Below are positions 49,601 through 61,900 of a DNA stretch of 64,000 bases, one piece after another. The first letter of the stretch is position 1, and each line of letters opens with the position of its first letter. The stretch spans positions 24,120,001 to 24,184,000 of the forward strand of contig CM119371.1 in the NCBI GenBank assembly GCA_051294905.1, read 5' to 3'. A model generated the notes under the pieces. That model was not told the origin of the DNA and made no database searches. It saw only the letters and a program-made list of their open reading frames with translations. A program made the position numbers and the translations under genes. Source of the DNA: Botryllus schlosseri (lineage: Eukaryota).

Positions 49601-52600
49601 GAAATTAATTTTGCTGATGCAATTACAATCCTCAACCAATCGAAAGTATTCTACGTCCGCCTTCGCTGTAATGATGATGTGAAACATTTATTTCTTTCTG
49701 ATTGGATAAGAAGACCACAGGTATCACATCTTACAATATTCCAAGTTATATAGGAAAAGGAGTCTTCACCACATGACTTTTTAAAAGTTGCTAATAATCT
49801 GCTAAATGTATATAATAAAGATATTAGGCGAATAACATTGATTCCAGTAACGGTTTTTAATGCACTCATGACAATACGGCAGTTCAACACAGTAAGCGTG
49901 AAATTGTGCAATATTACTCGGTGAAAATATTGGTCGCTATGAATAGCTTATCTGTTGGACTGATGATAGAATCCTTGACGAATTGAACTACACATTCTCC
50001 TATTTCAGATTCAACTGCATATCATTGGCTTGTTAAATATAAGTCGTATTGATACGCTGACAAAATTGTTTGAATTTCTATCGATACACTCAATAGCTAA
50101 TCTGCGTCTGAGCATAAATTCCTCCATAATTGGATCAGAATTCAGAAAGATTATTACCTCGCATGGGTGCAAAACAAGGAAGGTGAGAACTTTGATTATG
50201 CAATCTTACTGCGGCAATACATCCTGTTAAGGGAAATAGCGTAAGAGTGTTTTGAAGTTGCCTTTACTAGCCTCGCATTGTCTATGAACTCCTACCATCT
50301 CAAATCAATAGCTACAGCAGCTTAAGGATTATCAAATATTCATACCATCGATCATAAAAATATGGAATTTCATTTTTATTTGTCGATGAAATTGGATAAT
50401 ACAGACAGGTCATTTATATGGAACTGAATAAGTATAAATTTAGAAAAGGTTTTTGTCACCAGAACAGAACTCAAAATTCAGACGTTCAACCGAATAAATA
50501 TTTCATTATCAATAGTTCTCACTGTTTTAGTGTATTCAAATGAGTAAATTATGTTCAATAATAATAACACTGGGCAACAATTTTGAATGGAAAATTTGTT
50601 GACTTTGATTTTTGCATTTGATTTAGGCTAATTTTGGTGTGCTGATTCCAAAAATGCCACTGGCTTTCTTCTATCACGTCAGCTTTTTTCTCTACGACAT
50701 ATGCCCAAAATATGCAAATTTTCACGAATTAAGCCATATTACTTTTCCATATTATATAAAAATCCACACCTTTGCCATATAATAAGTTATAGAGTCAAGG
50801 GTTCGATTGAATTATGTAGGAAAAGGGTACTGGTATCGATCTGGGCCGATGTTTCCACCCATTTTGGCTACACTGTAAAAAATCTGGTAGATTTACTGGG
50901 AAATCTCTGTAAATTTTACCACGAATTACCGGTCGCAGCCAATTACTGTGCGTAGCTTGTCATTTTACATTTTGATATGTAATATTACCTTAATATAGCT
51001 GTAAAGTAAGTTACCAGAATTTCTTTGCAAAATTACTGACAGTTACTCGTTACTGCAGTTTACCGGGCTATTGGCAAAATTGATTAGCTTCAAAATCGCT
51101 GCAGCCAATGTATACGTAGAACTGAATGTTACTGATATATCATTCTAGAGGTGATTTGACCTGATTGAACCTCGTTTGCGAGACTGGGGTCTGTCATACC
51201 GAAATTGTTGGCCCTAGTATCAATTTAAGCTTAGTAGGGTACAAGAAATAACTGACAATCGTAGCTAATGTGGTACACCGTAGCCATATTATATTATAAG
51301 GCAATGGCTGTACGGCAAGTCTCGCTGGTTACATTCGTTGTCACGGATAAGGCTGATAAGTTAGAAAATTAGTTCAGGATGTATAATATTGCTCGGGGAA
51401 ACTAGAAATATCGGCACCGCGTGCTCAGCTGACCATTTGTTAATGGCGGACAAGGCGACCTGTAGGTTACATTAGATGACTGCTTTTTCTGAGATTCGTA
51501 GTAAACAACCAACGCACAACTGTGACATCACAAGCAGCGTCTAGTTAAGTAAGTACAGTAAGTAGTGAACAACACATGGAATATATATCAATTTATACGA
51601 AAGTAGACGAAAAAAGGGACTTTATGCAATGATAAATGTTTCTGTATGGAAAAACGACCCAGATCAAACATTATAACGTGGCCAGTAAATATTATTGGTG
51701 TCATGTGTCAGCGGATGAATACCATTTATTTCGAAATCGTTCGAGTGTCGTCTGGCCAGTGGCCAATTGGCCATTACCATTAGTGAGATTTGAGCAAAGG
51801 GTGGAGCGAAGCTTGTTGTACTTGAAGAAAGTGGACACGATCGTTGAAGATTCCTAGGAATGCTGAATGGAATACGCATCTTAAAAGGTAATACAGTACT
51901 ACATAGTATTTGTTACCGTGAATATCTGACTCTGCACACCAGCCCTCGATGACTTAGATTTCATGATTGATATATTTCATTCGCCGCATTCTCTGTTCTA
52001 TTTTGGGATATTTGTCGACTTATATAGTGACCACATACTCCGCTGCGGAGGAGTTGAAACTGTTGGCTTGGTAATGTCATTTTCGGGCCATAGCATAGAT
52101 ATGTTTTCATCCACTGCTGGATTTGTTTGCCACACATGCCACCTTAAATTAGGAACCTTTTTGCTTCAATACAGAGATAAAGTCATGAATCTCAGTTATG
52201 TCATGTAAAAGGCGGAGCCGTCATCACACAATGTGTCAGTACCGGTACTTCAAAACATGTTATATTTTTGTTAGCCTATTTGTCTTAGTCTTTATAATGT
52301 CATGTCCAGTGTCCAGGTTAGAAACTTTGCTGTATATAGCGACTTACGCATGAATTCTTTTAGTGGAACTGCAAGATACTACTTACACAGAAGGAATGAG
52401 AACGAGAAAAAGAAACAATGGAAGTTTGGCCGGTGGTGGAATTAATTCACGTTTTCTTGAGACCACTCGTGTTACTGCATGTCTCCTAAAGAAGAATTAG
52501 ACCTCCAGCAGCAATATTTTTCCATCGATAACCACTTCATCGTGATATCATGAATGAATATACACTATACAGTTTGTTCCAATGTCGTTTTGGGGATGTG

Positions 52601-55600
52601 AAGAAAATGTTGCGATATTTTTGCATCGGGTTGCTTTGCGATAGGTAGGGATGTACGTGAATTTACAAGCTGGTATGTAATCCTGATTTACAGGGACAGC
52701 ATGTAGGTAGGTAGGCGGTAAAATGACAGTCTCGATCGCAAATGTACAGGAGAACATGTAGATCAGATATACCGGAGGTGACTGTAACATTACAGTCTGG
52801 CGTGTAAAGTGAGATTACCGGACGAGTGTAAGTTAAATTTACATTGACTAACGGTAATGTTAGATTACCACGAAATGTCTGGCTACCGTGCTTCCAAACA
52901 TTTCGCGGTAAATCGAGGTTTTTATTTTTTACAGTGTAGAGGATGCAATAATCCGAGGATATTTCACACACATATTTGATGCAAACTGAAGGATATGGCA
53001 AGAACAATAAACACGACATTTGCTATCCGCTATAGGCCCAATGCCCCATTCAGCTTATCCAGTGTAACTTGAAACTCCTATACGCTCGATGATTTGGATC
53101 AAGATGAAGATCTTAGCGGTAGCAGGCGAAATGATGAAGATTTTGAAGTCGACACGAGTTATTGATCTGACATAAGTTTTGGGACTTGGGATAGATATCT
53201 TCGGAACTTTTAACATACCTATGAAGTGAGAAAAGATTACTTGGCAACGTAGAGAAGGTATCTCACTTTCGATCAGGAGAAACAGCCTTTTCTTCGTAGG
53301 CCTAGTTTCGGTAGCTTTGGGTATTGCCGTGATACTGGCATTGGCATGATACCGTTACCTTGGATTACTGGAGGAGCTAGGAATCCCGATTTACAAGTCA
53401 AATGAATGGCAAATACCTATAGGTAGCTCAAAAAGCGACCTGAAGTGTGGCATTGTCCGAAATGACAAAGTCTTAGGTGCAGTAACAATTGCACACTCGG
53501 TTAGTATTCGTGAATAATACAGAAACATTAAGAGTAATACAGAAACATTGAAACATCATATGTGTCAGCTTGGAATTATTGTGTTTTCTAGTGGTCAGAC
53601 AATAAGGATGCACATGTAACCCTGATACACATGTGTCACTGCCATATCTTCATGTCTGACAGCAGACATTCAAAAAAGCTAAAATATCTGAGTAATTTCC
53701 CTAAAAACATTGACATAGTCAGAGATGGACAAGGAGAAAATGTCCCCCAACATCTGAAGAGGATGGGCGTAAGATACCAGAGTAGACTTACATATGTTAG
53801 CTGACTATCGCCCGAGTATCAAACTAGGCAACCTAAAGAATTATAGGTTATTAGCGTAAATTTGGACCCTGAAACTCGCATTTTATTTGTCATGTAGAAG
53901 CAATATCATTTAAAATCAACCAAATAAAGCAGTACAAATGTTTATTTGAAGACTTTTGATTTACTGTCGACTGCTTGTGGTTTTTGAAATGTTTTATGCA
54001 ATAAACACAAAATATTAAAACTGGTGTTATTATGTGGGTTATGAGACCATGCGGTGGGTGCCTAACTCAAAAAAATTGACGTGATAGAGAAAAACGGAAA
54101 TCATTTCTGAATTCAGCGCCCAAAAGTTAGTCAAAATCAATTGTCTGAGCAAAGTCAACAAAAATAGTGTTGACCAGTGAATCAATCTGTGATACATATC
54201 GATGGGTACATATAATCGCATAATTATCCTGGTCAACACATATATTTAGGCGGACAAAGTAAGAGCATTTGTGGGGGTTTTGAAGGCCACGGATTCCCGC
54301 GGGATGACGTTATTTTGACTAAAATCTCATATTTTTGCTGGGCTAGATAAAACATCGGCTCCGTCGTACTATAAAGTTCATAAATTCGATCTACTTGTAA
54401 TTTCTACACACTGAATACTGTTTGAAATCAAAAAATAGCTGCATTATATTTAGGATTATTCGAGTTATCGTAGTTGGGAACTTTCACGAATTTCATGTGC
54501 ATAAATAAACTAAAATCATGTATATAAGTATTTACGTGAATACTCAAATAACGTTGCATTAGTTCAATCAGTTTTGCGTCAACCACATATTGTAGATTCA
54601 ATCATTTGGAGAATAATATTAATAATTATTTATAATAATAAGGTTCCCGCAATAGAGTGCCATATGTCCATCTCATCTGCCCCGACATCTTTCTGATGTT
54701 GCTTTATTGTCTTGGTGGAGCCTTGACCCTTGCTATTCCCTCTAATCAACAATATGATCAGGAAATATATCAATATGCCTGAACAGGAAGTAAACTTTAT
54801 TGCCCATGTTTTCTCCAACTATTCCAATTTTCGGACCGACTATTTGTAGTTTGTTGCTTTGTGGTATTCCAAAGAGTTTTATTTACAACATTTAAAGAGA
54901 ACTTGTGTGTACTGAGATCCTTTTCCCTAATATGAAATTGGAATTTTCCATCGGTATTCGAATCTGCGGTCCATCGAAGATACCAGGTTTAAATGTCTCG
55001 TTTGATAGGGATACTTGGTATTCCACTTTGTTCGATCAGCGAAAAATTATCCATTTACAAGCCCAAAGAGATTAGACACATATGAGTATTGTAGTTAAGC
55101 TTTTCAGTGACAGATTTGATAGCTTTATACACCTCTTTCATCCTGGTAGAATGAACAACTGGTACATCAAACATAGGCTACATTTCGGTTGTGTAAAAAT
55201 ACAATTTTGGCTTTACAAACTGTTTTTGTTTTGATAAACATAGATCTCGCACCAGATCATGTTAATATGGATGGTGAGGTCAATTATCTATTTATGCACA
55301 GTAGAGAAGTAGAAAAATATACGATCCAATTCCTACCCAATGAAATATTCAGGGGTAAATACAGTAATTTTGGACTTTTTATGGGTATAAGTATCTTCTA
55401 AACTAGAGCCAATCTGTAAAAACGAATGCGATATTCGTAATCAGCAACCCTGAAACCCCCAGAAATGACTTCTAGTTCTTCTGTCATTTTTTACTTCATT
55501 TCGTTGACCAATGAATCAATCATCACTATAACTGACTTTCCACTCTATTTCTCTTATGGTATATAGTACTAACAATATTAACAGTTATTTCTTCAAATTA

Positions 55601-55889
55601 CCGCTTTGTCAGCTTTTTGTCATCATGCAATATTATTTCAGTTCTTAATTTGCCTTACTGTGTTTTTTGTAGCCTGCATCGCTTTCAACCTCATCTGATT
55701 AGTGCGACTATGTTATAATTTTTTTTCAGGTTTACAATATGACAGTTGAAGATAATGCCATGATTGATTGATACTTATTTGGCGATTTTCCGGCAATGCA
55801 AATCTAGCGCTCTTGGTCTATGTAAATGCGATCTCACCCACAAAGATTTTGACATGATTTTACGATGTTGCCGTAGCCAAGGTCTTGAG
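40684..55889 (+). CDS. NACHT-LRR (NLR-family) protein, multi-exon. Predicted exons 40684-40750, 42149-42190, 42490-42588, 43438-43509, 44839-45983, 47730-47892, 49137-49456 (or -49492), 49571-49720, 50009-50182, 55730-55889 (frameshifted)
   Basis: Walker A GEAGAGKTT, Walker B LLLVIDGLDQ, sensor ILTTSR, LCRNPMFL, winged helix FAFAHQTMQ|EF split by a phase-0 intron, then HD2 and degenerate LRR-like exons. All junctions are GT-AG and phase-compatible. The small 5' exons and the 3' end are less certain than the NACHT core. Confidence 0.8.
41399..42142. mobile_element. hAT MITE at an NLR splice acceptor
   Basis: Ends CATGGGTGGGCAGAC / GTTTGCCCACCCCTG; TSD CTATAGGG. Confidence 0.9.
44124..44537. 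mobile_element. hAT MITE (intronic)
   Basis: CAGTGGTCCCCAAC / GTTTAGAACCACTG; TSD TTCGGGTC / TTCTAGTC. Confidence 0.8.
46839..47618. mobile_element. hAT MITE (intronic)
   Basis: CATGAGTGGGCAAAC / GTCTGCCCACCCCTG; TSD CGATAGGA. Confidence 0.9.
50568..54179 (+). mobile_element. Chapaev3-type DNA transposon fossil
   Basis: Ends CACTGGGCAAC / GTTGACCAGTG. Decayed transposase blocks EWQIPIGSSKSDLKCGIVRN..IAHSV (~53400-53510) and FPKNIDIVRDGQGENVPQHLKRMGVRYQ..MLADY (~53697-53810) match the recalled Chapaev motifs EWRLFIDSS and FPENLG.VSDEQGERFHQ..M..RYQG..MADY. Confidence 0.8.
50871..52936. mobile_element. Non-autonomous CACTG (EnSpm/CMC) element nested in the Chapaev fossil
   Basis: CACTGTAAAAAA / TTTTTTACAGTG; 2-bp TSD TA; short TTAC/GTAA subterminal motifs. 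Confidence 0.88.
54227..55513. mobile_element. Non-autonomous Chapaev-like element
   Basis: Degenerate ends CTGGTCAAC / GTTGACCAATG, with subterminal ATATTCGTAATCAGCA similar to the neighbouring fossil. Confidence 0.55.
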
Positions 55890-56187
55890 GTGAGGATTAC
55901 GGTAGACATAAGGTTACGTTTTCTATATGCATTTTGGTGCACAGAAAACATGCATGACTTATATACATTTTTCAATCCCAAATCTCGGATATCCGTAGTG
56001 CGAGAATAATAATAATCATTTATTTGATATTTTAACGACACGTATTATTAATGGTCACATCGCAAGACAATGGTTTTCATCGCCTTTTAAGACCCCCTTC
56101 CCATGGCATGAATTTCAGAGTGTTTATTGGGTCTTTGCCTTAGGTATTCGTCTAGTCGTACCTTCCCCTCGGTCATTCTTTAGTATA

Positions 56188-57149
56188 GGGGAGATGTGGT
56201 ACCGATGGATCACTGGGACCGAAAATACTTGAAAAATTCTCCATGATAATTCCATGATTACACTCCGTGAATTTGTCTACAGTTACATGCTGACAGATTC
56301 TTTCCTCACATGCAAAAAAATTCGACCTGCTTGAGTTATGGGGTCTGTGACGAATGATTTACGTTTTAGGGGGTATAAAGTAAATTTGGATCGACATTTA
56401 CATTTTTCTATATCACCTTCCAGACTAACAAACCCGCCATAATTTTTGATGTGAAGTATAGGGCTTATAACAGGGTATATAATGGCACATGTTTTTTTAA
56501 TCAATACCATCCTCGAGTGGACTATTTTCAAGTCAATTACAATATTTAGGGGGTGAGGGACCTATGGTACCATAGCCAAATCAAGCAAAATAGATGGGCC
56601 AACTAATCACTTAACAACAGAAACTCGCCTACATATATATAGGCTGTAAATCATCGGTACCTGTGGTGTTTTATCGCTATAACGAGTTATTTGAAATTCA
56701 AAATGTCGTGTTGCGGGTAATATGTATGTCGCATTAATTTTCTAAATTTAGGCGTATATCAAAACATGATTTTATGCCAATATTTCAGTTGATATAATCT
56801 ATTTTATTCTTGAAGGTCGCGACGAAACATTCTTCATTGACTTGCTGTAGCTTAGCTTATCGTACACAACAAAACAAGTGAACAAATTTGAGTTTTTGAG
56901 CGTATGTCTCATAGGTCCCATGGTCGTGTGCCGTTGGACCCACCGGGTGGGGACCGATGACACGTTCGAGCAACAAATTTTAAACGTTTATAAATATTTT
57001 TTGAAAAGGTGGATATTCATGTAAATGTCCGCGATAGGTAGAGCTTGTATCGAAGTGTTGAGAGAGCAAAAGATCTGCCATTCTCGGCTGAAGATTTGAG
57101 GGCCAGGGATCATTTTGCAATTTTTGATCCATCGGTACCACATCTCCCC
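56188..57149. mobile_element. MITE with perfect 25-bp TIR GGGGAGATGTGGTACCGATGGATCA, TA target duplication
   Basis: TIRs read directly at both ends, flanked by TA on each side. Three copies occur in the window. Confidence 0.93.
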
Positions 57150-57779
57150 TACTTTCACCCACATGCGTCCTGATCATGGTATATGGTGGCGACTTGTAGC
57201 TCGGCTCTCTTTCCGTCTGGGATTTTCAACGCACCGCGGTTGCAGCGAGATCGGCAATGAGGATCCCGGATAAACCTCCGACACGTAGATTTTTGTCACA
57301 ACCGGGATGCAAAACCACATCCATTCTATCCGTAAAGTCGGTGTTGACTAACTGCTCCAGTCGCCTCTCAACGAGACACACGCCACATCTTAAATTATTT
57401 TTAATTCGGCACGGTGGTGAGATTCAAATTCCAGTCTGTCGGTTCTATCAGGCACAGTGATATATTTAGGGGAATTTTTGGTAATAAATACGGCAGAAAT
57501 TCGTTTTGAAAAGATGAAAAGAACACTGTAAAAAATAAACCTGTTGGTAAACATGTTTACACCTGGTACCTCTTAATACATGTCCGTCATGTAAAACCAT
57601 ACGACAGGTTTAGTTCCACCTGTTGCCCAACATGTTTCTGCCCGTCATGTAATCTCGAAAACACGTCTGACCTGAGACTTCAATTGACCTTTCACCTTGG
57701 ACCGACAGGCACAAAATCTGTCGCCAGGATCAAAATAACCAATTCAGATTTGGGTCAATAATGTATATTGACAACAAAG

Positions 57780-58900
57780 GCAACGAAACATGAAATATTA
57801 TTACAATGGCAGAAGTTTCTGAAAATATGCAATGAAACAAGAATTATCATAAAAGTGTAAGCCAGAGAAATACCACGCGTCATGAAGTTTTGAAAAATAT
57901 GTAATGAAACAAAAATTATTTCAACAGAAGCCACAGAAGTAGGATATCCTAAGATTAGGAAGCTTCGGAAAATATGTAATGAAGCAAGGATTATTAAGCC
58001 GGCTGAAATATCACCCCGTCCTTGAAAAATCAAAATGTACCACAAACAGCTCAAGTCTCTAACGTTAGAAAGTTTCGGAATGCATGTACAAAACAAGAAT
58101 TAGGGCAACGGCTAATAGTATTGACCCGTCCTTAATGAATTAAACAACTACAAACATATACACAGTGTACCTAACGTTAGACAGTTTCGGAATCTATGTA
58201 ATGAAACAATAATTAATATAATAACTAAAAATATTGACTGGCCCTCCATAAATTAATTTAATACAAATTGCCACACAGTAAGCTGCCGAGCACATGATGT
58301 TTTGAAATTTTGGACATATGTGATGAAACAATAATTATTATACAGGCTAAATAATTGACTCGTCTTTAAAAATTCAATCACATTAATTTACTACAAACAG
58401 CTTAAGTCCCCAGCGTTAGAAAGTTTCGTAACGCATGTTAGAAAGTTTCGTAGCGCATGTACGAAAAAATAATTACAACAACAGATAAAAGTATTGATTC
58501 GCCCTTAATGAATCGATCAACTACAAACAGATACAGTGTACCTAACGTTAGAAAGTTTCGGAACGTATGTAATGAAACAATAATTTTAATAACGGCTAAA
58601 AACATTTACCCATCCTCAATGAATCAATAGCCAGTAATGTAGCCAGCACATGATAGGCACGCATGACAACTTTTAAATCTTCGCCGCAAACTACAAACAG
58701 CTACTGATTACATAACGTTTGGAAGTTTTGGTACATTTGCAATGAAATAAGAATTATTACAGCTAGAAGTATTGACCCGTCCTCAACGAAATAATTTACT
58801 ATAAACAGCCACAGTGAACCTAACCTTGGACAGTTTCGGACCGTTTTAATGAAACAAGAATCATAAAGGCTAAAAATATTAACAAGTCAATATTATACCA
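57780..58900. repeat. Irregular ~75-130-bp tandem array
   Basis: About ten recurrences of AACGTTAGAAAGTTTCGGAA..TGTAATGAAACAAGAATTA. Confidence 0.88.
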
Positions 58901-58926
58901 ATGGCTAAAAATGTATCTGCCACTGA

Positions 58927-61900
58927 TCAATCCACAAGCAAATTCAATTTGCTACGAACAGCCGCAGTGTACTTAACGTTCGGAAGTCTTGAAAGAAAGT
59001 TTGCAACGAAGGACCAGGAGTTCGAGGCTGACGGAGCGAACTTGATGTTGAACACCCAGTATATTGCCAGTGTTATAGCCATCGCATGATGGAAGCTCAA
59101 GACCCCTTTGATGACTTTGCCATCGAAGTGAACTTTCCACTCATTCAGGATCGTATTGTACTCGATCGTCGGGTACACATTCTTTGGCTCCTGATAATAA
59201 AAATGATATTAACTCGGTACTACAGGTGTGGGTATCAAATTAAGATAGATCGAATATTAGAAATAACAAGTCATGACAGCACGAGTCGAGCTCATGCGAA
59301 GAGGTACGAAAACGGTCATACGTGATCCTTGCATTAGTAGCTTTTAGTCCAGGGGCGGGCAACTTTTGCAGTCCGCAGGCCGGATATAGGAAAATTAGGT
59401 ACTTGGAGGGTCGGATTGGTGAATCGATACAAAATTTGCCCATTTATCCACATATACAAGTACAAGTAATAAATCGCATCTATTAAATGTCTTTTGTCGA
59501 CAGCAATGTCACATCACAGACATTTCTCGCCGATAATGACGAAGATAATGTAGATTTGAGAATAACATTGTTATAGAGACGCCACCATGTTTGGTTCTCT
59601 GTGATCAATCAACACATGGTGCAATCCTTCATTAAGATTTCAAGACGTTCGATAAGTCCAGTACCTCAAATTTACAAAGATATCAATTCATGAGGGTCGA
59701 GTAGGTGACGAGATAGCGTCGCGTTCAACTGTGTGGTCTAATTAATCTCGATATTGAATTCATGCGGCCTGCGTCCTATAAGAAATTTGAATAGTGGCCC
59801 GCGACCCATTTTGAGTGGGCAACCACTGGCATAAGCGGTGCCTTACAAAAGCCTATAAGTGTGCCGTGCTACATGTCGGCAGTTTCGGAATCAAAAATAA
59901 GAAATATCAGCCTGGTGTAAATGACCATTGCAGTCGACAAACACCATGATCACCACAGGGCCTAAGTCTTCCGTCTCCGACAGTGGTTTCCAACGTGGGC
60001 GATAGGGGGGCGAAAACGGACAGAGGGGGCGATGGCGCGTTGAAATGGCTACATTGGCGTCCATGACCGTAACTGCCACACCCAAGCCCCCAATTGAGAT
60101 GGGGGGAGTGAACTCGAAGGGGTCCCACAATTTTTCGTGAATTAACATTAATTATAGAGCATTATTTTGAAAATTTAGGACACTTTTTCAAAAAAATTTT
60201 GCGCTGCGCGCCATTTCGTGGATGCATTTTTATTGCTTATTGGATGCCCTTCCTCCAAGAAATAACACGCATGAGTTATAGAAATGGACATCTCGGCGTC
60301 AGCCATTATCACACCATGACGCACCAAGACATATGAAGTTTTAGGCCATGTAACATGCGACTCCGAGAAGTGTGACGGAACGAGAAAACCTTGGCGGAAA
60401 AGGACTGCCTTTATGAGAGAGAGAGAGAGAGAGAGTCTTTATTTTCATCGAACCGACTGACCGACTTCGATATATATACGATATGCAACATATTTAATTG
60501 TCCATAGGCGCCTAAATGCCTGGCTCCAAATGTTCTTGAACTGTCCAATCGGAACCCCACAAAAATGCCATCTCGCAGAGATTAATTGCCAGTGCTGAAA
60601 TACCAATTTGAAATCGTAAGCGTCTTTTAGTTTAGTACGTATGGACAATTTGAATATCCTTTGACATAGCAGACAGGCCACGAAATGTTATTACGTAGCG
60701 AAGTCATTTTACCCACGGGTCCGCCCGAATATGTTCAATTATTATTTACGGGCCCTACATTTTCCAAGACACGTCACTCAGCTTCACCGGTAAATCTGAA
60801 TACATGAGCAGAGAGAGGATGAAAAATTGGCAGCAATATTTATGCAATTCCCCATCATATTGATCGATTTAATCACTTCGCGCGAATTCAGCTGGCTAAC
60901 TAAACTCCTAAAGGGTCCGGGTCCAACAATTTGTGCTTAAAATTAGCGGTAAAGAGGTATCGGGAGAGTTGGGTCTGAGGGGTGCAGAAGTTTGATTTAT
61001 CGCCCTATGGAGGGGGTCAAAACCAACGTATTGGGGGGGGGGGGGGGCTGACGAAGTGTTGTTACGGTCCTTTGGCAATCAAGTCGCAGAAATCACCTTT
61101 TTTGTCAGTCAACTCACCAAAATTTAGCTGCAAAAGTGTAATTTCTAGGTAGAGCCGAAAATTTGACCTTTTTTCTTAGTCAATCTGTCGGTGATTTCAA
61201 TTTGTATGCCCATTTTTCTGTTCCCATTATTTGGGGGGCGATGATCGGTGTGGAGTTTGAAAAGGGGGCGATGAGTCGAAAAAGGTTGGGAACCACTGGT
61301 CTACGACGAACTTACGCGTAAGCTCCACTCTCGCACGCTGCGCATACACGCATATAATAACATACAGTCACTAAAATTGAACCTAGTAAACAATTAGTAT
61401 GGAATCTCGGCTAACAAGGGCCGCGGGCCACTTTATGACGCAATAAGGAAAACAGTCCGTGGGCCGGACAAAATCTTTTGCGCCCCTGTTCTAGTTGATA
61501 CCAATTGATGATGTAACCCGATCGCAGTGGGCCACGTGATTTGCTTGTGTCCACAAGACAGGACATCATGCTTTCACATACACCATTAACTTACTTTGTC
61601 CACAATCAGGAAGTTGTCATAGCTGTCATTGAAGATTGTTGGGATCCCGACCATCCACCCCAGTTTTTGACGACCTGAATGAGGAGTGCCAGAAATCAAC
61701 TCAACGTCAAAAAATAGATTAGCAGCATTGAAACATTGCGCGGGCCACTCTACTGCTGATAACGATTTTCAGTCACCTTGCAGGTCGGAACACGTTTGGG
61801 CAATGGTGAAAACACTAACAAATATTACTACGCAGCAAATTCGATGAAAATTGTGTTAATAAAAGCACGTGTGCAGTCATGTCGAGCGTGAAATAGCGGG

